DNA of 45,197 nucleotides from a plasmid: sequence record NZ_CP022471.1; one strand, 5' to 3'. Shown piece by piece: positions 18,056 to 26,481 of this stretch (position 1 is its first letter; each line of letters starts with the position of its first letter). The notes under the pieces were generated by a model. It saw only the letters and a program-made list of their open reading frames with translations, ran no database searches and was not told where the DNA came from. The position numbers and the translations under genes were made by a program.

Positions 18056-19849
18056 ATGCCAAAAAGAAATACTATTGATACTATTACACTCGGACTTTTT
18101 AGTGATGAAGATGTTTCTATAATCTGCGAAGATACAATTAAACTGGAAAGGGGCTCTGTAGCTGTATTAAGTGGCAATAGTGAAGTAGGCAAGTCTTTTT
18201 TAGCTTTAAAGGTATGTGCTAATGCTATTAATGATGGCTTAAAACCTTTTTTTTGGAGTGTAGAAGATAAAAATAAAGCAATTTTAGGACGCATAAAAAA
18301 TATTGAAAGTTTTTATTCTTTTAATACTGCGGAACTTGAATTTTCGAATGAACTTCCAAAAATCAATAAAGAACCTATAAATTGCTTAAAAGAAGAACTT
18401 AATGAGTTAGCAGATTGCGATTTAATTGTTCTTGATACCTTTAGTGCATTTTTCTCAACATTAGGCTTTAAAGATCAAAACAATCAAAACGATGTGCAAA
18501 ATTTCTTTAATATTCTAACAGATATAGCAAAATCAAATAATCAAGCTATCTTATTACTTCATCACTTAGACAAAAAAGGCGAAAGTCTTATGGGTAGCTC
18601 TGTTATTATCAATGCTCCTAGACTTGTTTATAAACTTTCGTTCGAAAAGGGAGAAGATAAAAATTCTACCACCTATCGCTTGCTTGAGGTGCTAAAGGAT
18701 AATAATAATATCAATGCTGGAGAATTTCAAAAAACGATTAAAGTATTGCAAAATTCTAGTATTGATGAGCCTTCAATTGTAAATCTTAGAGCTAACAGCA
18801 TTGATTCTAATACTTTAGAGATTATCAATAAAAAAGATATTTCTGCTGTAAGTGTTAATGAATTAGCAAAAGGCTATGTAACAATGAATGAAAATAGAGG
18901 TGTTTTTTATTTAAGCTCACGAAAGCTTACAGACACTAATTTTTATAAAGTATTTAAAGAAAATGATAATAAAATAGATTTTAAAATGACAGGTGCGAAT
19001 GACTCATCATATGTCATAAGTTTAAAGAACTCTTTGCTTACGCAAACGCATAGGAATATTTTAGATGCTTTATTTTTATATATCAAAAAAAATGTGGATA
19101 CAAGTGTTATTAAAAAATATCAAGAAAATTTTTGGGATATGGAAGTAAGATTAGAGCCTTATAAATTCTTGAAACAATATCTTAATAAAAATTCTAATAA
19201 TTACTCTTGGTTGAAACAAAAATTTACAGAAATCTCTCGTTTTGCGTATGATTTGGCTTTCACTCAAAATGTAGAAGATAAAGATAAAAAAACAATCACT
19301 CAAAGAGATAAAGGTATTTTAATGTTTGACTCTGTAGAGCGTATCACAAAAGAAAATGGAACAATTGTATCTGTATTCGTGCTAACAGTTCGTAGAGAAT
19401 ATATTAAAAAACTCGAAACAGAATCTACCCTTTCTTATGATGATGATTTATCCAAAATTCTTATTAATTTAAATTCTTTGGTGGCACAAGATTTGATTAG
19501 ATTTTTAACAAGTTTTCCTGATAAGAAAATTCTTAGTTATAGTGAGTTTTGTGAAATTAAAGCTTATAGATTTTATAAAGAAAGTTCTATTATTTCGAAA
19601 CAAAAGAAAGAGATTGTTAAATTAAAAGATAAACTTATAGAATTTGGAATTAATGTTTATGGCAAAGGCGTAGAATTTGCTAATTATGATGATGAATTTT
19701 TTCATAATAAGTATAAAAATGAAAATGATTTATTTTTCATCTATGAAAGCAATAATAGAGTAAAAAGATATATTAAGCGTAGTGATCCAATGAATCAATT
19801 AAACACCAAAAGCAATAAATTTCTTTTGCAAAAATCTTTATTTGATTAA
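18056..19849 (+). CDS. Plasmid replication protein. N-terminal RecA-like ATPase of the AAA_25/RepA type fused to a C-terminal initiator-like domain.
   Basis: Walker A AVLSGNSEVGKSFLALK and Walker B CDLIVLDTFSAF. Lies directly downstream of the iterons and the promoter. Starts 4 nt after the hicA stop. Confidence 0.55.
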   Translation: MPKRNTIDTITLGLFSDEDVSIICEDTIKLERGSVAVLSGNSEVGKSFLALKVCANAINDGLKPFFWSVEDKNKAILGRIKNIESFYSFNTAELEFSNELPKINKEPINCLKEELNELADCDLIVLDTFSAFFSTLGFKDQNNQNDVQNFFNILTDIAKSNNQAILLLHHLDKKGESLMGSSVIINAPRLVYKLSFEKGEDKNSTTYRLLEVLKDNNNINAGEFQKTIKVLQNSSIDEPSIVNLRANSIDSNTLEIINKKDISAVSVNELAKGYVTMNENRGVFYLSSRKLTDTNFYKVFKENDNKIDFKMTGANDSSYVISLKNSLLTQTHRNILDALFLYIKKNVDTSVIKKYQENFWDMEVRLEPYKFLKQYLNKNSNNYSWLKQKFTEISRFAYDLAFTQNVEDKDKKTITQRDKGILMFDSVERITKENGTIVSVFVLTVRREYIKKLETESTLSYDDDLSKILINLNSLVAQDLIRFLTSFPDKKILSYSEFCEIKAYRFYKESSIISKQKKEIVKLKDKLIEFGINVYGKGVEFANYDDEFFHNKYKNENDLFFIYESNNRVKRYIKRSDPMNQLNTKSNKFLLQKSLFD

Positions 19850-19916
19850 CATTTACAATCAAGGAGTGTTGTATGAATGAATGGGAATTAGAAAGACAAA
19901 GACAAATAAGATAGAC

Positions 19917-19934
19917 AAATTGAGCGTTTTATTT
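19917..19934. repeat. Left copy of a perfect 18-bp inverted repeat AAATTGAGCGTTTTATTT. Its partner is at 21409..21426.
   Basis: An exact reverse-complement match was found by direct comparison. It lies 37 bp beyond the recombinase stop codon. Confidence 0.8.
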
Positions 19935-19971
19935 TATTACAAAATTTTTTATATTTTTCTTAAATGAAAAT

Positions 19972-20586
19972 TTAGCTTCCTTTTAATTTTCGTTTTTTGA
20001 TAAACCACAATAGACCATCATAGCTTTTTCCATTATCTTTGTATAATAACTTCCAAATACTTTTAATAGATAAATCTTTATCAAGCAAGGTTTGTATTTT
20101 ATCTATATCCTTATCATAAATACTATTTAATGAGCCTTTAGGGCGTCCCAGTTTTTTTCCACTAGCTCTAGCATTTTCTAGTCCTGCTTTAGTTCTTTGA
20201 CTTATCAAATCTCTTTCATTTTCTGCTAAGTAAGCATAAACCGATAAGATTAATTTAGAAGCAGGATTATTAAAATTACTAAGTTCCATTTGTCTTAAAA
20301 ATAAGAATTTAATATTATTAGAATTAAATTCAAGCACTAAATTAATTATTTCTAACATACTTCTACCAAGTCTTGAAAGTTCTGTTGCTATTAATAAATC
20401 ACCTGCTTTTAGTTTTTGTTTTAAATCCTTGATTTTTCTTTTCTCTTGAGATTTTGTAGAACTTATTTTTACTTCCAAAATTTCATCCAAATGAATATTG
20501 TTTTTATGACAATATTCCATAATTTCTAACTTTTGAGAGTCTAATTCTTGTTTATTTGTTGATACTCTTATGTATGCTATATTCAT
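19972..20586 (-). CDS. Serine recombinase of the resolvase/invertase type, with an N-terminal catalytic domain and a C-terminal HTH.
   Basis: IAYIRVSTNKQ carries the catalytic serine motif. RLGRS is present. A C-terminal HTH is present. 204 aa. Confidence 0.85.
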   Translation of the reverse strand: MNIAYIRVSTNKQELDSQKLEIMEYCHKNNIHLDEILEVKISSTKSQEKRKIKDLKQKLKAGDLLIATELSRLGRSMLEIINLVLEFNSNNIKFLFLRQMELSNFNNPASKLILSVYAYLAENERDLISQRTKAGLENARASGKKLGRPKGSLNSIYDKDIDKIQTLLDKDLSIKSIWKLLYKDNGKSYDGLLWFIKKRKLKGS

Positions 20587-20960
20587 CGTTCTAAATCTTT
20601 TAACTTTTGATTTTTTGGTGTTTTTTCAGTAAATTCTTTAAGTTTTTGATGAAAATCTTTAGCACATAAGTCTTGTATAGTCTCTTTTAAGCTATACTGC
20701 TCTCCTATTTCAGTAATATCAAACTCTTTAACACATTCGCCAAGCCAAGTAAATTTTTTAGTGAGCTTATTAACTATTCTTATAACTCGTCTTTCATTTA
20801 TTGGCTCTTTTGAAGTATAACCTGAATATTGTCTATGCTCGAAACCATTTTCAAGCATAAATTTTTTAATCAAAGAATAAGGTTCTCTTGTATCTTTGAA
20901 ATATTTTTCAAGACTTTTTGTAGATAAATCAAAATTAATTGCTTTGCGATTTATTCCCAA
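20583..20960 (-). CDS. vapD: VapD-family (Cas2-like) endoribonuclease.
   Basis: Similar to VapD across the sequence (AINFDL...EPY...LENGFEHRQYSGY...RVIRIVNKL). Overlaps the recombinase start by 4 nt. Confidence 0.6.
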   Translation of the reverse strand: MGINRKAINFDLSTKSLEKYFKDTREPYSLIKKFMLENGFEHRQYSGYTSKEPINERRVIRIVNKLTKKFTWLGECVKEFDITEIGEQYSLKETIQDLCAKDFHQKLKEFTEKTPKNQKLKDLER

Positions 20961-21274
20961 ATTCCTTCTCCTTCAGCTTTACTTGCAGAAATTAAATCGC
21001 TATTTCCTTCTTTTTCACTAATCCAAATCCATTCTTTTGCATTTTTTGTAAACCATTCAGAATCAATCAAATATTTATATATAAATAAAGTCATACAACC
21101 TAAATCATACTTATCCCCTTTACAATGATAAGTTTCTTTATTAATTTTTATCATTCCTGATTCTTTAGCATATTCATCTATCATTTTATACATATCTTCT
21201 AAATTATATTTGCCTTCTTTTAAAATCTTTTCTTCATCTAATACTATTCTTGTACCTAAAAGTGGGTATGCCAT
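20951..21274 (-). CDS. Small protein upstream of vapD and overlapping it. Possible VapX-like antitoxin partner.
   Basis: Assigned only by position: it overlaps the vapD start by 10 nt and sits in the antitoxin position. Confidence 0.3.
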   Translation of the reverse strand: MAYPLLGTRIVLDEEKILKEGKYNLEDMYKMIDEYAKESGMIKINKETYHCKGDKYDLGCMTLFIYKYLIDSEWFTKNAKEWIWISEKEGNSDLISASKAEGEGIWE

Positions 21275-21408
21275 TTTTTTATCCTTTCATCAAAAACCTA
21301 ACAAATTCTAGTAAAAAATAGCTAATACTTAAATAAAAGCTTTTGAATAATATTAATTTAATTATAAAACTAAATTTAATTTATTTATTAAATACAAATT
21401 TAAGACAT

Positions 21409-21426
21409 AAATAAAACGCTCAATTT
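21409..21426. repeat. Right copy of the 18-bp inverted repeat AAATAAAACGCTCAATTT. It lies 19 bp upstream of the virB2 start codon.
   Basis: Exact reverse complement of 19917..19934. Confidence 0.8.
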
Positions 21427-21444
21427 TTTAACGAAAGGATATGG

Positions 21445-21708
21445 ATGAAAAAAAGGCTATTATCATTAATTTTAATCAGTCCTATTTTTGCATTTGGTGC
21501 TGGCGGTATTGATAAAGTTAATACCTTTATGCAAAACTTAAGCATTGCTTTGTATGCACTTGGTGGAGTTTTACTCACAATTGCACTTATGTGGGGTGCT
21601 TCCAAAATTATGTATCAAGGGCAAACTCTTAGAGAAGTTGCACCTGTTTTTATCGGTGGCGTTATTTTTGGATCAGCTTCGGCAATAGCTGGTTATATCA
21701 TTACATAA
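21445..21708 (+). CDS. virB2: VirB2/TrbC-type T4SS pilin.
   Basis: Signal peptide followed by two hydrophobic segments, a typical pilin layout. RBS AAAGGA. First gene of the T4SS cluster. Confidence 0.7.
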   Translation: MKKRLLSLILISPIFAFGAGGIDKVNTFMQNLSIALYALGGVLLTIALMWGASKIMYQGQTLREVAPVFIGGVIFGSASAIAGYIIT

Positions 21709-21720
21709 ATAGGACTAGCT

Positions 21721-24489
21721 ATGGAGAAAAATCCACTTTTTAAAGGTTTAACGCGTCCACCTATGATTTTTGGCGTTCCGATGACACCTTTTGTTATAGC
21801 GATGGGATGTATCATTTTAATTGCATTTTATAGTCAAAACATTTTTTTAGTTGGCTTTTCTATTCCTGTGTTTTTTATCATGAAAGCAATGACAAAAAGA
21901 GATGATTTTATTTTTCGATTAATGTTTTTAAAAATGAGATTTTTCTCCAATCCTGCTTCCAAAAATTATCATAAGGTTAAAACTTACAGCACAAACTCTT
22001 ATAGACAAATGCCGCCAAATTCTAATTTTCCAAAAATATCTGTTTTCGGACTTAATGCAGAACCTAGTTTTGAAAAATTAATTCCTTTTTCATCACTTAT
22101 AAATGATTCTGTAGTCATTACAAAAGATTATTTTTTAATGACAACTTGGGAGATTGGAGGAATTAGTTTTGAAGCAGAAGAAGATGATGAACTAGATATT
22201 AAAAATGATCTTTTGAATATGCTTTTTAAATCTTTTGCTAACGAATCTGTAAGCTTTTATTTTCATAATTGTAGATATTCTATCGAAGACAAATTAACTT
22301 CAAAATTTAATAATGCTTTTTTAGAAGAAATTGACAGAAAATATTATGAGAGTTTTAAGCAAGGAACTCTTAGAAAAAATTCTTTATATTTAACTCTTAT
22401 TTTCAATCCTTTAAAAGTGAAAATAGAAAAAACAACTTTTATGAAAAGTTCTTTTGAAAATAAAAGAAAAACAATTAGCGTATTTTTAGCTAAATTTAGC
22501 GAATTTGCTGATAGACTAGAAGCAAATATTAAAGATTTTAACCCAAAAAGATTAAAAACATATTCCAAAGATGATAAAACCTACTCTAAACAACTAGAAT
22601 TTTATAATTATTTACTTGGTGGTAAATTTAATCCTATAAGAGTATTACCAAGTCCTATAGAACAGTACCTTAATGGCAATTTACAAAACATACAATTTGG
22701 ACACGATACTATTCAATTTAACCAAAATGATAGCACAAAAAAATTTGCTAGATGCATTGAAATTAAAGACTATACAAATGAAACTTTTGCAGGAATTTTA
22801 GATATCCTAATGTATTTAGATGTGGAATACACTGTAACTCAAAGCTTTTCTCCTATTCCTAGAGTGGATGCAAAATCAGCAATATCTAAACAGAAAAAAC
22901 AACTCATTGCAACTGAAGATGATGGATTTTCACAAGTAGAGCAAATAGATGAAGCTTTGGATCAACTTACAAATGGGGAAATCTCTTTTGGCAAATATCA
23001 TTTTTCAATTCTTGTGTATGGAAATACTATAAAAGAATGTAAAGACAACACAAATGAAGTTGTTACAAAGATGAACGAATTAGGATTTGGAGTAACTTTA
23101 GCAACGATCGCCCTACCTGCGACATTTTTTTCGCAACTACCATCAAACTTTGCTATCCGCCCACGCATTAATCTTATCTCATCCATTAATTATTCATCTT
23201 TAATTGCTCTACATAATTTTTCTATGGGCAAAAGAGATAAAAACTGCTGGGGTGACGCTGTTAGCATTTTAAAAACACCAAACAAACAACCTTATTATTT
23301 TAATTTTCACCAAAGTTCTGGTGCAAATAAAAATGATTTTGGAAAATTCTTCCTAGCAAATACTTTGATTTTAGGTCAAAGCAGTGGCGGTAAAACAGTG
23401 TTTATGAACTTTATTGTAGATCAAATGATGAAATACGCTAGCAAAGATACATTTCCTGATGATATTCCTGAAGATAAAAGAAAATTTACAGCCATTTATT
23501 TGGATAAAGATAAAGGTGCGTTAGGCAATATACTTTGTGCTGGCGGTAGATATATTAGCATTGAAAATGGCAAGCCGACAGGATTTAATCCTTTCATGGT
23601 TGAAAGCACACAAGAAAATATAAGACAACTTCAATCGCTAATGAAACTTTTAGTAACTAGAAATAATGAAATTCTTACAACTAGAGAAGAAGAAATGCTC
23701 AATAATGCTGTTAATTCTCTTATGAAAGGTTTTGAAAAAGAGGAAAGAAAGTATCCTATTTCTTTACTTTTAGAAAACTTAACTGAAAATGTAGATGATG
23801 ATAATTCTCTTAAATCAAGATTAGCACTTTTTAAAAAAGGCAAACAATTTGGCTGGGTATTTGATAACGAATACGACAATTTAGATTTTCCTGACGATAT
23901 CAATTTATTTGGAATTGATGGAACAGAATTTCTTGATGATAAAGATGTATCAGGGATATTAAGCTATTACATTCTTTGGCGTGTAATGAGCTTGGCAGAT
24001 GGTAGAAGACTTTGTATTGATATTGATGAAGCTTGGAAGTGGCTAGAAAATGAAATCGTGCAAGAAGAAGTTAAAAACAAGTTTAAAACCATTAGAAAGC
24101 AGAATGGATTTTTAAGACTTGCTACACAAAGTTTAGAAGACTTTTTAAAGCTTAAAAATGCTGCAACTCTTATAGAACAGTCATCAACTATGGTATTTTT
24201 ATCTAATCCGAAAGCCAAAGAAGAAGAATATGTTAAAGGAGTAGGTTTAAGTTATGATGAGTATATGATCATTAAAGGTTTCAATCCTGTGAAAAGACAA
24301 TTTTTAATCAAAAGACAAGATGAAAAAGTAATTTGCACTCTTGATCTTAGCCCTTTGGGTAATGAAAATTTAAAAATATTATCTACAGAAACAGCATACA
24401 TTGATGTCATTGAAAAAATTTTTTCACAAGAAAATAAAAGTCTTGATGAAAAAGTATTAGAGCTGAAAGAAATTTATAAAAACTCATAG
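21721..24489 (+). CDS. virB4: Fused VirB3/VirB4 T4SS ATPase.
   Basis: N-terminal VirB3-like transmembrane region. Walker A LGQSSGGKT. The 922 aa length fits the fused B3/B4 form typical of Campylobacter and Helicobacter. Confidence 0.9.
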   Translation: MEKNPLFKGLTRPPMIFGVPMTPFVIAMGCIILIAFYSQNIFLVGFSIPVFFIMKAMTKRDDFIFRLMFLKMRFFSNPASKNYHKVKTYSTNSYRQMPPNSNFPKISVFGLNAEPSFEKLIPFSSLINDSVVITKDYFLMTTWEIGGISFEAEEDDELDIKNDLLNMLFKSFANESVSFYFHNCRYSIEDKLTSKFNNAFLEEIDRKYYESFKQGTLRKNSLYLTLIFNPLKVKIEKTTFMKSSFENKRKTISVFLAKFSEFADRLEANIKDFNPKRLKTYSKDDKTYSKQLEFYNYLLGGKFNPIRVLPSPIEQYLNGNLQNIQFGHDTIQFNQNDSTKKFARCIEIKDYTNETFAGILDILMYLDVEYTVTQSFSPIPRVDAKSAISKQKKQLIATEDDGFSQVEQIDEALDQLTNGEISFGKYHFSILVYGNTIKECKDNTNEVVTKMNELGFGVTLATIALPATFFSQLPSNFAIRPRINLISSINYSSLIALHNFSMGKRDKNCWGDAVSILKTPNKQPYYFNFHQSSGANKNDFGKFFLANTLILGQSSGGKTVFMNFIVDQMMKYASKDTFPDDIPEDKRKFTAIYLDKDKGALGNILCAGGRYISIENGKPTGFNPFMVESTQENIRQLQSLMKLLVTRNNEILTTREEEMLNNAVNSLMKGFEKEERKYPISLLLENLTENVDDDNSLKSRLALFKKGKQFGWVFDNEYDNLDFPDDINLFGIDGTEFLDDKDVSGILSYYILWRVMSLADGRRLCIDIDEAWKWLENEIVQEEVKNKFKTIRKQNGFLRLATQSLEDFLKLKNAATLIEQSSTMVFLSNPKAKEEEYVKGVGLSYDEYMIIKGFNPVKRQFLIKRQDEKVICTLDLSPLGNENLKILSTETAYIDVIEKIFSQENKSLDEKVLELKEIYKNS

Positions 24490-24499
24490 GAGATGAAAA

Positions 24500-25066
24500 A
24501 TGAGTAATAAAGTGATTATTAATAAACAAGAAGTGCAATTTGACACTCAAAATAATCAAATCTTTTGCACAAGTTTAGATGTGGCTAAGGTTTTTGGAAA
24601 AAGACATTTTCATGTTTTAAGGGATATTGAGAACATTTTAAACGATTTGCGAGAAATAGGGACTTCTCAAGACCTATCCAATTTTGGGGAGACCTACAGA
24701 AATACTGAAATTAGGGGTTTTGGCAAAGTTAAAGGGAAAACAAGAAAAGATCGTTGTTATAATCTAACTCGTGATGGTTTTTCACTTTTAGCGATGGGCT
24801 TTACAGGTAAAAAAGCATTACAATTTAAAATTGCATTTATTAATGCTTTTAACGAAATGGAAAAACTTTTACAAAAAGAAATTAAAAGCCCTAACAAATA
24901 CTTAACAGATTTGATGGAACTTATTTATCCAAACTTACCACAAAACGATTACAAAGTTAGTGTGATTATCACAGATAACCCTTATTCTAAAGAAGCTAAA
25001 AATGTATTTTCTTTGAATTATCTTGTTGATAATCGCACACCAAAAGATCCAAAGAAGTTGCAATGA
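24500..25066 (+). CDS. Rha-family phage-type regulatory protein.
   Basis: LDVAKVFGKRHFHVLRDIENIL matches the Rha (Phage_pRha) signature. Confidence 0.55.
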   Translation: MSNKVIINKQEVQFDTQNNQIFCTSLDVAKVFGKRHFHVLRDIENILNDLREIGTSQDLSNFGETYRNTEIRGFGKVKGKTRKDRCYNLTRDGFSLLAMGFTGKKALQFKIAFINAFNEMEKLLQKEIKSPNKYLTDLMELIYPNLPQNDYKVSVIITDNPYSKEAKNVFSLNYLVDNRTPKDPKKLQ

Positions 25067-25728
25067 GTGATAAAGAATTACAAAAAGAAATATTAGCTTT
25101 AGAAAACGATGTTAAGCAACTAGAAGCAACTATTGATGTAATTAAACAAAGAATCACTCATCTTAAAGATATTGCTTGGGATAGACAAAGTAAAAAAGAA
25201 AGTTCTCAAATGTATAAAGTGTTAAAAGAAGATAAAACACATACAAGGGTTAAAAGTAATGTAGGAGATATTAAAGTAGATAAAGACTTTATGGATAAAG
25301 AAATTAAAAAACATTTAGATAATCCAAATTTAAGAGGAATGGTTACTACACAAGAGATGTTATCTTTTCCTAAGGTGGCTAAAGGTGTGGAAGCTAACAA
25401 CGAAGCAAGAGGCTATACTTGGCAAGTAAAAGCAAACGATGGAAATACTTTAGTTTATGGAAGTAGAAAATATGAAACCAATAACGAAAAAATTCATAGG
25501 TTAGCGACAAGCCATAGTAAAACAGAGAAGAATGAAAGACAAGCGGAAGTGGGTGGGCGTAGTCATCCCCACCATCCCATATTTAATGACTTCAATTTTC
25601 GCAAATCCGCTGAAAATATTATATCACAACAAAACAAATCCACAAATGATTTTAAAGCAAAATTAGAAGAATTTAGCACCAAAAAAACAAATGCAATTGA
25701 ATCTATAAATAAGGAGTTTAAAAGATGA
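25063..25728 (+). CDS. Hypothetical coiled-coil protein. It contains an internal GC-rich hairpin (25552..25573).
   Basis: Overlaps the Rha gene stop by 4 nt. N-terminal coiled coil. Confidence 0.35.
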   Translation: MSDKELQKEILALENDVKQLEATIDVIKQRITHLKDIAWDRQSKKESSQMYKVLKEDKTHTRVKSNVGDIKVDKDFMDKEIKKHLDNPNLRGMVTTQEMLSFPKVAKGVEANNEARGYTWQVKANDGNTLVYGSRKYETNNEKIHRLATSHSKTEKNERQAEVGGRSHPHHPIFNDFNFRKSAENIISQQNKSTNDFKAKLEEFSTKKTNAIESINKEFKR

Positions 25729-25761
25729 AAAAATATTACACCAACAAAAAGGAGTTAAACA

Positions 25762-26187
25762 ATGAATAATGTAAATCTAATCGGATACTTAGGAAAAGAT
25801 TTTGAAGTAGGCACTACAAATAGCGGAAGAGTTTATGCAAAAAATTCTCTTGCAATTACAAAGCGATGGAAAAATGAAAGAGGCAATGAAGAAAGTAGCA
25901 CGACTTGGATACCTATTGTTTTATTTGGCAAAAGTGCAGAAAGTGCATCAACACACATTAAAAAAGGTTCTCAGTTTGCGTGTAGTGGAGAATTATCATC
26001 CAATCAATATCAAGATGAAGATGGAAATACTAGAACAATGCTAACCGTGATTGTATCTAAATTTTATTGGCTTGGCAAAAAAGATAAAGATGACAATGGA
26101 ACACAAAATCCACAAGTCCCACCAAAAGAGCCAAATATTGATTATGAAAACACAAATATAGAATCTGAAGAAACACAAGTATTTTAA
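25762..26187 (+). CDS. ssb: Single-stranded DNA-binding protein.
   Basis: OB-fold N-terminus MNNVNLIGYLGKDFEV...TWIPIVLFGK and an acidic C-terminal tail. Confidence 0.75.
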   Translation: MNNVNLIGYLGKDFEVGTTNSGRVYAKNSLAITKRWKNERGNEESSTTWIPIVLFGKSAESASTHIKKGSQFACSGELSSNQYQDEDGNTRTMLTVIVSKFYWLGKKDKDDNGTQNPQVPPKEPNIDYENTNIESEETQVF

Positions 26188-26202
26188 GATTTAAGGATAA
26201 AA

Positions 26203-26478
26203 ATGTCTATAAAAAATTTAAGTGTAGAAGAATTAGCGCAAGAATTAGAAACTTCAAATCATGAAAAGCTGATTAAAGCTTTGTTTTTATTTGAAAAAAA
26301 TTCTTCAATGGAAGATCTTAATTCAGATCAAATAGAAATAATTTTAGATGAAGTATATGAATTTTATATCAATCATAAATCTATATCTTCTTTTTTACAA
26401 GAAGATATAAACCAAGCATTAGATAAAGCTATTGATAAAGAGCTTTGCAAAAAACAAGAAAAATCATTTGAAAGGTAA
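26203..26478 (+). CDS. Hypothetical small acidic protein.
   Basis: 91-aa ORF with an RBS-like AAGGATAAAAATG. Confidence 0.35.
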   Translation: MSIKNLSVEELAQELETSNHEKLIKALFLFEKNSSMEDLNSDQIEIILDEVYEFYINHKSISSFLQEDINQALDKAIDKELCKKQEKSFER

Positions 26479-26481
26479 AAA

